A stretch of DNA of 57,473 nt, taken from positions 1 to 57,473 of the forward strand of contig JBBIUJ010000002.1 in NCBI GenBank assembly GCA_037440345.1. The letters run 5' to 3'. A program made the position numbers and the translations under genes. Source of the DNA: Prolixibacter sp. Its GTDB lineage: Bacteria; Bacteroidota; Bacteroidia; Bacteroidales; Prolixibacteraceae. Positions 18,807 to 27,770 of the stretch are shown here, one piece after another. The notes under the pieces were generated by a model. It was not told where the DNA came from and ran no database searches. It saw only the letters and a program-made list of their open reading frames with translations. Numbering within the stretch: position 1 is the stretch's first letter; each line of letters begins with the position of its first letter.

Positions 18807-19742
18807 ATGGAAACACTATTCAACGAAGGTTCGAACCTGGCCGGAGCTGTCGATAGGGCTTTTATTTTCATCTTTACCATCTCGTTTATTTTTACGATTG
18901 GGATTACTGCTTTAATGATCTATATTCTGATCCATTTTTCGCGGAAGAGAAATAAAAATCCCCAACAATTTTCCCACAACACGAAACTGGAGGTAATCTG
19001 GACAGTTATCCCACTGATCATCGTTTTGGTGATGTTTTATTATGGTTGGGCCGGATTTGCCCCCATGCGGCAGGTTCCGAAAGATGCGATGCCTGTCACC
19101 GTGATCGGAAAGATGTGGAGTTGGGAATTTGACTACGGAAACGGTAAGTTATCCAAAGAACTTGTGGTTCCGTATAACAAGAATGTAAAATTGAACCTGG
19201 TATCGGTAGATGTCAACCATAGCCTGTTTATTCCTGCCTTCAGGGTAAAGGAGGATGTGATACCGGGTTACAAAAACTATCTCTGGTTCAGACCGATCAT
19301 GAAAGGGACTTTTGATGTCTATTGCACCGAATATTGCGGACTTGCCCACTCGGCCATGACGGCAAAAGCGGTAGTTGTGGATAGCCTTGAGTTCAATAAA
19401 TGGCTTGCCGACCTGAAAGTCACAGGAAATGTGCCAGACCATCCCGGGCTTGCCATCATCAAGGCCAATGCCTGCCTAACCTGCCATTCAATGGACGGAT
19501 CAAAAATCATTGGCCCCTCCTTTAAGGGATTGTTTGGTCGAAAGACAGTGGTGGTGACTGATTCTGGTGAGAAGGAGATTGAAGCGAATGGTGATTACAT
19601 TAAGAAATCAATCATCGACCCCAATGCGGATGTTGTGAAAGGTTTTAACAAAGGGCTCATGCAATCGTATAAAGAGAAAATTTCAGCAGAAGATCTGGAT
19701 AAAATTGTAGATTATTTCAAAACAGCCGGTGATACAAAGTAA
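18807..19742 (+). CDS. ctaC: Cytochrome c oxidase subunit II with a fused C-terminal cytochrome c domain (caa3-type)
   Basis: Two N-terminal TM helices. CuA site H...CTEYCGLAHSAM. C-terminal CLTCH heme c motif. Confidence 0.9.
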   Translation: METLFNEGSNLAGAVDRAFIFIFTISFIFTIGITALMIYILIHFSRKRNKNPQQFSHNTKLEVIWTVIPLIIVLVMFYYGWAGFAPMRQVPKDAMPVTVIGKMWSWEFDYGNGKLSKELVVPYNKNVKLNLVSVDVNHSLFIPAFRVKEDVIPGYKNYLWFRPIMKGTFDVYCTEYCGLAHSAMTAKAVVVDSLEFNKWLADLKVTGNVPDHPGLAIIKANACLTCHSMDGSKIIGPSFKGLFGRKTVVVTDSGEKEIEANGDYIKKSIIDPNADVVKGFNKGLMQSYKEKISAEDLDKIVDYFKTAGDTK

Positions 19743-20604
19743 GTACAAATCCGTTTTTTCTATTTTTAGCAGGTTGATCAGGGCCCGTCTCTCTATGATG
19801 GTTACCTTTTCGGCGCTGACAGGTTATTTTATGTCGGGCAGCAGGCCTGATGTATCGCTGGTTTTTCTGTTTTTCGGAATTTTCTTCCTTTCATCGGGGG
19901 CATCTGTCTTGAACCAGGTACAGGAATACAAGCAAGATGCGCTAATGAAGCGCACTGGGAAACGTCCCATTCCTGCCGGTGAAATTTCAGTCATGAATGC
20001 CTTCTTACTCTCTGTTTTTCTGATTGTTACCGGCTCTTTCTTTCTCTTGTACAATGGTTGGGTCCCGGTAATCCTGGGTCTTTTAAATGTCGTTTTTTAC
20101 AACATGATTTATACCCCGCTGAAGACCAGAAGCTGGATTGCCATCCTGCCAGGCGCCTTGGTCGGAGGAGTTCCTCCGTTAATGGGCTGGACATCGGCCG
20201 GACATTATCTCTTTCATCCAAATGCCATCTTTCTTTTTATCTTCGTTTGTCTGTGGCAGGTACCCCATTTTTGGCTCCTGATGATCAAATACGGTAAGGA
20301 GTATGAAAGGGCTGGATTCTCATCTATTTCAAAGATATTAAGCGAATTACAGATAAAGCAGGTGGTCTTTCTCTGGGGATTGATTACCTCATTGTTTCTT
20401 CTTCTTTTCCCGTTGTTCGGTTTTGTACTTCGCCCTGTTTTGATTGGTACACTGATCTTGACCAACATATATTTCATCCGCCAATTTTACAAATATCTGT
20501 TCCGGGAAACTGAAACAGGCACCATTCGCAAAGCTTTTATTTTGATCAACATGTACGCGATGGTAGTTTTCATCCAACTGGCAATCAATGCATTGATATC
20601 ATGA
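19729..20604 (+). CDS. cyoE: Protoheme IX farnesyltransferase (heme O synthase)
   Basis: UbiA-family polytopic protein (NQVQEYKQDALMKRTGKRPIP Asp-rich loop). The GTG start overlaps the coxII end by 14 nt. Confidence 0.85.
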   Translation: MIQSKYKSVFSIFSRLIRARLSMMVTFSALTGYFMSGSRPDVSLVFLFFGIFFLSSGASVLNQVQEYKQDALMKRTGKRPIPAGEISVMNAFLLSVFLIVTGSFFLLYNGWVPVILGLLNVVFYNMIYTPLKTRSWIAILPGALVGGVPPLMGWTSAGHYLFHPNAIFLFIFVCLWQVPHFWLLMIKYGKEYERAGFSSISKILSELQIKQVVFLWGLITSLFLLLFPLFGFVLRPVLIGTLILTNIYFIRQFYKYLFRETETGTIRKAFILINMYAMVVFIQLAINALIS

Positions 20605-20915
20605 CAAGAGTAGCCTTTAAAATGAAACTCAAGCCCGGGTTTCTGGAAGAATACAAGAAACGTCACGACAAAATCTGGCCAGCCTTGGCTTTGGAGTTGT
20701 CAAAAGCAGGAGTAACAGATTATTCCATCTTTTTCGATGAGGAGACCAACGCACTATTTGCCGTCCAGAAACAGTCGGAAAATAGCACGGCCGATCTACT
20801 CCCGCAAACTGAAATCGTGAAAAAATGGTGGAAGTATATGGCTGAAATCATGGAGGTTAATCCGGATAATTCGCCGGTTTCGCTTCCATTAACTGAGGTT
20901 TTTCATCAGGATTAA
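20601..20915 (+). CDS. rhaM: L-rhamnose mutarotase
   Basis: Strong resemblance to E. coli RhaM/YiiL, recalled from memory: KRHDKIWPAL, WWKYM, NPDNSPVS, EVF. The start overlaps the cyoE stop (ATGA). Confidence 0.85.
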   Translation: MTRVAFKMKLKPGFLEEYKKRHDKIWPALALELSKAGVTDYSIFFDEETNALFAVQKQSENSTADLLPQTEIVKKWWKYMAEIMEVNPDNSPVSLPLTEVFHQD

Positions 20916-20927
20916 AATTCTCCCTTT

Positions 20928-21380
20928 CTATTTTGCTTCCTTAATGTACTTCCTGATAACCAGGTATTTTAACTCCTTGTTGGTGGCATTGCTGATGCCG
21001 TGTTCACTGCCAACGGGACAGTAAAAGGTTGTATTCGGACCCCCGGTTGTGGTTTTGCCATCCAGGTAAAATTGGGCTGTGCCTTCCAGAACATAGAATA
21101 TTTCGTCACCGGGATGTTTGTGTGGAGCATGAGTCGCCTGATTTGGGCCGACTACACTCATCTTTACAGTTAATCCATCCGGCAGGAAATTCTGATCGAT
21201 GAACCAATACTGGTATCCGACTGAGGTTTTGATGGTTTTATCCATGTTAAACTTGTTGATACAGTTTTCGATGGTGTAATTGTTGCTCTCCGGGGTACTC
21301 TTTTTTGCGGTTTCCTGTGCAGTTGAAAGGTTGATAAAGAACAATGTACATAACAGAACAAGGGACATTTTTTGTTTCAT
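20928..21380 (-). CDS. Secreted cupin-domain protein
   Basis: Signal peptide present. Cupin motifs HKHPGDEIFYVLEG and PVGSEHGISN. Confidence 0.75.
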   Translation of the reverse strand: MKQKMSLVLLCTLFFINLSTAQETAKKSTPESNNYTIENCINKFNMDKTIKTSVGYQYWFIDQNFLPDGLTVKMSVVGPNQATHAPHKHPGDEIFYVLEGTAQFYLDGKTTTGGPNTTFYCPVGSEHGISNATNKELKYLVIRKYIKEAK

Positions 21381-21488
21381 AAATCGAAAATTAATTTGGG
21401 ATTGAAAATACTTTTTATCTGAACATAATTCCAGCCAGGTCGATTGAAGCCCGGCAGATTCAAAAGTTTCAACTTTCTGATACTCCTC

Positions 21489-23441
21489 CTATTTTTGAAC
21501 TTTCATCCAAACATTCATTTCACCTTTACCTCTGTTTGCCCAGGAGTAGTAGGGGATGGCAGTGACGGATTGGTTGGTATTCCCGGTTTTTACTCCGGAG
21601 TCTATACCGCTGGTTTTGATGACGGTAATACCATTCAAAAGGTTCGGAAGAAAATCTGTTTGGTAACTGTTTTTGTTGTTTAGTAAGAGGTTTTGTATGT
21701 TAACATTCTTGTTGTCAGGCCATTCGAAGCAGTAGACCAATGGCCCCCGTTGAATGGCAACCCTACCGGAGTCCTGCTTGATTTCGGGATGGGCAATGAG
21801 TTCTCTTACAGGCATGGGCAGGTTCAAAACAAGCTGATCACCCTGCTTCCATTCCTTTGATATCACCGCATACCCTTTTTTGAGATGAAAAGAAGTGTTG
21901 GTTCCGTTCACGCTGATGGTTGCCCTGGTCTTTTCCAGGTCTCTAAAACGGTATAAATCTGAAGGAAGAGGCTGGTTTTGCGCCCAACCGGGTATTCTTA
22001 CCAGGAGGTTGAATTTTCTATGCTTACCAGGATGGATCTTCATGGTAATTCTTCCGGACCAGGGATAGTCTGTCACCTGTTCGATGGAGAGCTGATCACC
22101 GTGAAGATTGACAGTTGCCGTGTTATTCATATACAGGTTGACATACAAAGAATCATCTTTTTGGGCATAGACATATCCGGGTACGGAAGGGATAAAGCGA
22201 CAGATATTGCTTGGGCAGCATGCACAGCCAAACCAGGCGCTTCGCTGATTTTTACCATGGGATTCGAGCGGGTTGGGGTAGAAAAACCGGTCAGCGCTCA
22301 GCGAAATCCCGGATAAAAGGGCATTGTAAAGCGTCCGTTCCAGTACATCAAAATATTTGGCATCCCCTTCCAGAAGGAACATGCGGTAGTTCCAGAAAAC
22401 ATTGCTGATGGAGGCGCAAGTCTCACAATATGCGGTAAGGTTTGGCAAAGAATAGGGATCGCTGAACCCTTCGTTTTTTCCAGCCGAACCAATTCCGCCT
22501 GTGACATACAATTTGGTTTGCAGCAGATCGTTCCAAATCTTATCGATGGCATTTTGATAAGAAACATCACCCGTCAGGGCAGATACATCGGCCATTCCGG
22601 CATACATATAGGTTGCCCGCACAGCATGGCCCACGATTTTATCCTGCTCAATCACTGGTATATGGGCCTGGTTGTACTCATTGCCATTTTTCCTGCAGTC
22701 GAGGAAGAATTTGGCCAGTTTGAGGTAGCGCGCCTCACCGGTAATCCGGTATAGTTTTGCAAGACCCATTTCAATAACTTGATGACCCGGATAATAGGAG
22801 AGTTTGCCCGGGCCGAAATCATGATCTACCAGGTTGGCGCTCCTGATGGCAACATCCAGAAGGGTGCGCTTTCCGGTAGCCAGAAAATGGGCGTAGGCTG
22901 CTTCGTAGAGATGTCCAAGGTTATATAGTTCATGACTCAGTTCAGGATCCTTTTCCCACCTGTTTTTTCCGACCCAAGGATGCATGTGGAGCGAATCGAT
23001 GGTACGGTTGGTGAAGAGGTAGCCGTCTGGTTCCTGGGCAAGTGTAATGTAATGAATCACAGAGTCGATGCGGCTTTCCAGTATCGGATTTGGATTTGTT
23101 TGCAGGGAATAGCTGGCCCCTTCTATAATTTTATAGAGATCTGAATCATCGAAGGGATATTCGGATTGAAATTTTCCTTTGGTCAGTTTCCCGGCAATCT
23201 TGAAATTCTCGACACGACCAGTTTTGTAACACTGGTCCAAAGCGATCGGAATGGTTACTTTCTGGTTCAATTCGATACGCGGTGCCCAGAAGTGGTCATT
23301 CACTTTCACTTTCGTAAAATTAACAGGCTGAATGGGATAGTCTTTCAGTGGTTGTTTCTGGGCATAGACGCCAGGTACAGAAATTGTTAGAATTCCACTC
23401 AGAACAAGTATTTTCAATGTCATTAGGGATCTCTTTTCCAT
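21489..23441 (-). CDS. Glycoside hydrolase family 127-like (DUF1680, beta-L-arabinofuranosidase type)
   Basis: N-terminal FWAPRIELNQKVTIP. Cys motifs CETCAS and GCACCPSN match the Zn/Cys catalytic centre of HypBA1-type enzymes. Confidence 0.85.
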   Translation of the reverse strand: MEKRSLMTLKILVLSGILTISVPGVYAQKQPLKDYPIQPVNFTKVKVNDHFWAPRIELNQKVTIPIALDQCYKTGRVENFKIAGKLTKGKFQSEYPFDDSDLYKIIEGASYSLQTNPNPILESRIDSVIHYITLAQEPDGYLFTNRTIDSLHMHPWVGKNRWEKDPELSHELYNLGHLYEAAYAHFLATGKRTLLDVAIRSANLVDHDFGPGKLSYYPGHQVIEMGLAKLYRITGEARYLKLAKFFLDCRKNGNEYNQAHIPVIEQDKIVGHAVRATYMYAGMADVSALTGDVSYQNAIDKIWNDLLQTKLYVTGGIGSAGKNEGFSDPYSLPNLTAYCETCASISNVFWNYRMFLLEGDAKYFDVLERTLYNALLSGISLSADRFFYPNPLESHGKNQRSAWFGCACCPSNICRFIPSVPGYVYAQKDDSLYVNLYMNNTATVNLHGDQLSIEQVTDYPWSGRITMKIHPGKHRKFNLLVRIPGWAQNQPLPSDLYRFRDLEKTRATISVNGTNTSFHLKKGYAVISKEWKQGDQLVLNLPMPVRELIAHPEIKQDSGRVAIQRGPLVYCFEWPDNKNVNIQNLLLNNKNSYQTDFLPNLLNGITVIKTSGIDSGVKTGNTNQSVTAIPYYSWANRGKGEMNVWMKVQK

Positions 23442-23587
23442 CGTTTTGCTTTAAGTGAGAAATCTTTTTACAAAATTTTATGCTAAAATAGCTTATACTT
23501 TTTAGAATTGACTAATCAACAAATGTACTTTGGAAAAATTGAGTAATTTTAACCCCCGAATCGTTTATTTTTAACTACTACTGCACA

Positions 23588-25828
23588 ATGAGAAAGCTAT
23601 TTTACCTTCTGACATTTGTTGGAGGATTGTTTTTGTGCTCCTTTTCACCTGTGAAGGAGACTAAAGAAAAGCAACCAGTATACAAGGATACTCCGTTTCT
23701 TGAGGAGTACAGCATAAAATTTTATGCAAAATCGGACACCATTCATCTTTTAAAAGTGGGATGTGACAGGAATGGTGATATTAAAATTTTAACCTCCTCA
23801 GGTCTTTACAAACCCTACGGAGGAGCATTTCAGTACGCCGGAACACTGGAAAAGGATCAATCCTACAGGCCCATGGTAAAGAAGAACCTGACCAATCTGA
23901 TGGTTTACAAAGATCAGTTTGTGTACCTGGATGATCAGGCCGTATTAAGCAACAGTTGGGCCGGGAAACTTTTCTCAAGGCATTTACTGTCCGATGCAAC
24001 TCAGTTTGAAGCCGGTGCCGACTTTACTTTCCTGGTTTCAAACGGGAAAGAGATTAAGTTGGTCAAAGATTCAAAAGTGGAATGGACGGGTAGCTTCCCG
24101 GGTACAAAGGTACTTTCCATTAGGTTTGACTCATCCCGCAATCTGTATTGGCTGATGGGAGCCAATGAACTATGTACCTTCGATCCTCAGGGCAAGGCGA
24201 TAAAGAGTGTTTTTAAGGCCGCTAATCTGACTTGTTTTGACCTGACGGCAGATAAAAAGAGGATATTGATAGGTACAGGCAACGGATATCTGAAGTTCGA
24301 TCCTATCGCCATGAAGCAAATTGGTGAAATCGTCCAAAGAGTTCCTTCCACCAACATTACTGCGTTGAAAGAGGTAAATGGCCAAATGTGGTTTGGATCT
24401 ACAGAAGGGGCATTTCAACTGAGATCCGATGGAAAATACAATTTCTACAACGGCGAAAGATGGTTACCGGGTAACGTCGTTGTTGATTTTGCAAGAGGAG
24501 AAGGTAATACCGTACTGATCCTGACGGATAAAGGTTTGACCAAGATGGAATACAATGACTGGACTTTGGCCGATAAAGCCGAATTCTACGAAAAGCAGGT
24601 TAGGCTGAGGCACATCAGGAATGGATTCAACTCCTCATTCGACAGCATGGAAAAGGGAAATCTGGCAAGCGGCAGGCTGGTTGATTCGGATAATGATGGT
24701 CTGTGGACCTCTATGTACCTCGCTGGCGAGGTATTCCGGTATGCGGTAACCAAGTCGGAAGATGCATTGCAAAATTGCAGGGAATCACTGGATGCCATGG
24801 AGAGGCTCTATTCGATCAATGGGTTAAAGGGCTTTCCTTCAAGATCTTTCGAGCGGAGCGGCTGGATGAAACACCTTTCTGATCCAGACAGATGGAAAAA
24901 TGCCTCAGATCCTGAATGGGACTGGAAGGCCACCACCAGCAGCGATGAGGCCATCGGCCATATTTTTGTATTGGGCGCTATGGCTGAACTTATCGGCGAT
25001 CCTGACCTGACGAAACGTTCAATTCACCTGATTGACATTTTGATGACGCACATTGTCGAACACGACATGTATTTGATAGATTTCGATGGAAAACCAACTC
25101 TTTGGGGGAAATGGAATCCGGATTATGTGAATGCCAGGCCAAAAAATGTGGGTGACAGGAAAATTAACTCCTCCAACATCATCGCAATGCTTCAAACAGG
25201 ATATCACTTTACACACAAGGAGATATTCAAGCAAAAAGCTTTCGATTTGATGAATAATTATGGCTATTATGAAAATCTGATGCAAAAAATGGCCAATATT
25301 GGTAAAGCCGATCCGGGAGCAGACCAGCTCAGCAGGGAGCTTTCCGAAGACTGGAACCATTCGGATGACGAAATGTATTTTTGCGGTTATTGGGGTTTGT
25401 ACAGGTATGCTTTCAACGATACTTTAAAATCAAGTTTTAAGGCTTCAATCCTGGACCACTGGCAGATCGAAAGGCCAGAAAAAGAGGGAGCCTGGAATAT
25501 TTTCACAGCCCTGACAGGAACCGCCAATTTTGATCTGAAAGAAGCTGCCTGGTGGCTGAAAAATTATCCGATGGATATGATAGAATGGGTGATCATCAAT
25601 AGCAACAGAAAAGATATTGATAAAATTGCGCCAAACTTTAGAAATCAAACCACCAAAGAGGTGCTTCCTCCTGAGGAAAGGCCGATCCATCGTCACAACG
25701 GAAACATGTTCAGTCTTGACCGCACGCATGGAAATGGTAATTCAGAAAGCAGCGCCGGGGATATTTGGTTGCTGCCTTATTGGATGGGAAGGTATTTGGG
25801 GGTGATCAGCGCTCCGGTGAAGAATTAA
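23588..25828 (+). CDS. Secreted lipoprotein, paralog of 8604..10769 (propeller-like N-domain plus helical C-domain); function unknown
   Basis: Lipobox-like LFLCS. It carries the same colinear conserved blocks: DNDGLWTSMYL, LKGFPSRSFER, PEWDWKATTSSDE, WGKWNPDYVN, WNHSDDEM and LLPYWMGRYL. Confidence 0.75.
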   Translation: MRKLFYLLTFVGGLFLCSFSPVKETKEKQPVYKDTPFLEEYSIKFYAKSDTIHLLKVGCDRNGDIKILTSSGLYKPYGGAFQYAGTLEKDQSYRPMVKKNLTNLMVYKDQFVYLDDQAVLSNSWAGKLFSRHLLSDATQFEAGADFTFLVSNGKEIKLVKDSKVEWTGSFPGTKVLSIRFDSSRNLYWLMGANELCTFDPQGKAIKSVFKAANLTCFDLTADKKRILIGTGNGYLKFDPIAMKQIGEIVQRVPSTNITALKEVNGQMWFGSTEGAFQLRSDGKYNFYNGERWLPGNVVVDFARGEGNTVLILTDKGLTKMEYNDWTLADKAEFYEKQVRLRHIRNGFNSSFDSMEKGNLASGRLVDSDNDGLWTSMYLAGEVFRYAVTKSEDALQNCRESLDAMERLYSINGLKGFPSRSFERSGWMKHLSDPDRWKNASDPEWDWKATTSSDEAIGHIFVLGAMAELIGDPDLTKRSIHLIDILMTHIVEHDMYLIDFDGKPTLWGKWNPDYVNARPKNVGDRKINSSNIIAMLQTGYHFTHKEIFKQKAFDLMNNYGYYENLMQKMANIGKADPGADQLSRELSEDWNHSDDEMYFCGYWGLYRYAFNDTLKSSFKASILDHWQIERPEKEGAWNIFTALTGTANFDLKEAAWWLKNYPMDMIEWVIINSNRKDIDKIAPNFRNQTTKEVLPPEERPIHRHNGNMFSLDRTHGNGNSESSAGDIWLLPYWMGRYLGVISAPVKN

Positions 25829-25950
25829 AATTAAAAATTACGAATTACAAATTACGAATGATAGGGACTCCGGGGGTTTGGTTCCCGAGTTGCGTCTAAA
25901 GCGTTGCAATTGAGTGGTTTAATTTTTTGAGAAACAAATATATAAATAGT

Positions 25951-26667
25951 ATGAGAAAAATTTCAGTTATTTTATTGTTTGCCTTTCTGTCGGGTTATGC
26001 TATTCAATTGCAAGCTCAGGGCGCCGCAAATATCTTGACCAAAGATGAGTTAAAGCAGGGGTGGAAACTTTTGTTTGATGGCCATCATCCATCCCTTTGG
26101 CGCAGTGCAAACAAAACAGATTTTCCGACACAGGGATGGCAGATCAAAGAAGGCTGCATGATCTCTGGTGGTGGCGGAAATCTTGTTTCAAAAGAGGAAT
26201 TTGGCAATTTTGACCTGGTTTGGGATTGGAAGATGATTGATGCAGGCGGCAACAGCGGCGTTAAATATTTTGTCAAGGAGGCCAACAACGATGCACTTGG
26301 AATTGAATACCAGATGCTGGATGATGCAGGACATCCCTGGATGAAAGACGGCAGGATGCATCCCAACGATTTTCATACCGTTGGCGCCATCTATGAGTTG
26401 TATCCAACAACTGCCAACAAAGTGACAAAACCAGTTGGAGAGTGGAATACCAGCCGGGTCCTTTGCTTAGGCAAACACATTGAGCATTGGTTGAATGGTG
26501 TGAAAGTCGCGGAATGTGAGCGCGGTAGTGCTGATTTTAATGCACGAATTGCCGCAAGCAAATTCAAGGATATTCCGAATTTCGGACTTCACGAAAAGGG
26601 ATTGATCCTGTTGCAGGATCACGGTAGTGTGGTCTGGTTTAGGAATATAAAGATTAGAAAAATTTGA
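25951..26667 (+). CDS. DUF1080 (3-keto-disaccharide hydrolase-like, concanavalin-type) secreted protein
   Basis: GWKLLFDG...W, G.L.SKEEFGNFDL..DWK, NSGV.Y and IQLQDHG..V.FRNI.I-type motifs. The start is moved to ATG 25951 (MRKISVILLF), because the track start is a TTG. Confidence 0.8.
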   Translation: MRKISVILLFAFLSGYAIQLQAQGAANILTKDELKQGWKLLFDGHHPSLWRSANKTDFPTQGWQIKEGCMISGGGGNLVSKEEFGNFDLVWDWKMIDAGGNSGVKYFVKEANNDALGIEYQMLDDAGHPWMKDGRMHPNDFHTVGAIYELYPTTANKVTKPVGEWNTSRVLCLGKHIEHWLNGVKVAECERGSADFNARIAASKFKDIPNFGLHEKGLILLQDHGSVVWFRNIKIRKI

Positions 26668-26787
26668 AAATTGGGAAATTGGAAAATGTGTAAATGGGCC
26701 GAGTGGACGACTGGGACGACTAGGACGAGACAAGCACCGGTCCCTGAGCGAAGTCGAAGGGTCACATTTTCACATTTCCCAATTTTC
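26666..26787. repeat. Long imperfect palindrome with low-complexity arms enclosing the 3' motif
   Basis: Arm GAAAATTGGGAAATTGGAAAATGTG (26666..26690) pairs with CACATTTTCACATTTCCCAATTTTC (26763..26787) at 23 of 25 positions. The interior carries the 24-mer at 26741..26764. Confidence 0.8.
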
Positions 26788-26797
26788 ACATTTGTAA

Positions 26798-27340
26798 TTA
26801 CTTTCCTTCAATCCACTTGATAATCTTCTCTTCATCGGGAAGCTCCTTCGGAAAGGCTACATCTGCCAGTTGACCGTTCTCGTTGATCAGGAACTTTTGG
26901 AAATTCCATTGCACCGGGGCATCAATGACCCCATTTTGAGTTTTGCTTGTTAACCAGGCATAAAGCGGATCAATGTCAGCGCCTTTGACCGAAATTTTCG
27001 ACATCATTGGAAAAGTAACGCCATAATTTTGGGTGCAAAAGGTCTTAATCTCCGCATTGGTGCCGGGTTCCTGAGAAGCAAAATTATTGGCTGGAAAACC
27101 GATGATAACAAAATTCTGGTCCTTGTATTTTTCGTAAAGCTTCTCAAGCAGGGCATATTGAGGTGTCAATCCGCATTTGGAAGCCGTATTGACCACCATA
27201 ATTTTCTTACCCTTCAGCGAGGATAAATCGAAATTCTGACCGTCTAGCGTAGTGGCCTTGAAATTGTACAAAACCTTGTTTTGTGCGGATAACCCGGCTA
27301 CTGATACTACCATGGCAAGTGCGATAATTATCTTTTTCAT
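26798..27340 (-). CDS. gpx: Glutathione peroxidase (Cys-type)
   Basis: Signal peptide present. NTASKCGLTPQY active-site motif, plus FPANNFASQEPG and WNFQKFLI. Confidence 0.9.
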   Translation of the reverse strand: MKKIIIALAMVVSVAGLSAQNKVLYNFKATTLDGQNFDLSSLKGKKIMVVNTASKCGLTPQYALLEKLYEKYKDQNFVIIGFPANNFASQEPGTNAEIKTFCTQNYGVTFPMMSKISVKGADIDPLYAWLTSKTQNGVIDAPVQWNFQKFLINENGQLADVAFPKELPDEEKIIKWIEGK

Positions 27341-27589
27341 TTTTATTGTAATTAAAATTGGAATGATATCAATTTTATACGATTAAAATAAATTGTTGTT
27401 ACCATTAATCAATTTTCGTTATTTTCCGCCATTCCGTCCGAAATTAATTGAACATCAATTCTTTACATGTTACCACGGACGGCAGATGATCATTCATTTC
27501 CATTCCCGGGATTTCGCAAGCTTCATCCCGGGTTACAATATCGGTCGTCCCTGACGGGACTTCACCGGTGTTCTGTGTTGCTTGGGAAC

Positions 27590-27700
27590 TGGTCTCATCC
27601 CCTGTATCGTCCCAGTCGTCCCAGTCCTCCCTGTCGTCCCATTCCTTCTGTCGTCACATCTTCACATTTTCACATTTTCTCATTTTCCCTGGTTGATAAC
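27590..27700. repeat. Low-complexity repeat block related to 26666..26787
   Basis: TCGTCCCAGTCGTCC (27607..27621) is the reverse complement of 26705..26719. CACATTTTCACATTT (27663..27677) is a direct copy of 26763..26777. Confidence 0.7.
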
Positions 27701-27770
27701 TTCTTTCTCCACCCGGTTGGGAACATCCATTTTTCTCTTATTTTTGGAGTTCGTTAAGTGAAATGATTGC

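Noticed and set aside
26666-27700. Repeat-flanked gpx as a composite transposon
   Set aside because: No transposase, integrase or terminal target-site duplication is visible. The flanks are short and only partly related.
27467-27757. 96-aa ORF (plus strand) in the gpx-dnaX intergenic region
   Set aside because: It is composed almost entirely of the low-complexity repeat words (SRPSRPSPPCRP..., HFHIFSFS). There is no credible start context and no domain-like sequence. It is treated as a repeat, not a gene.
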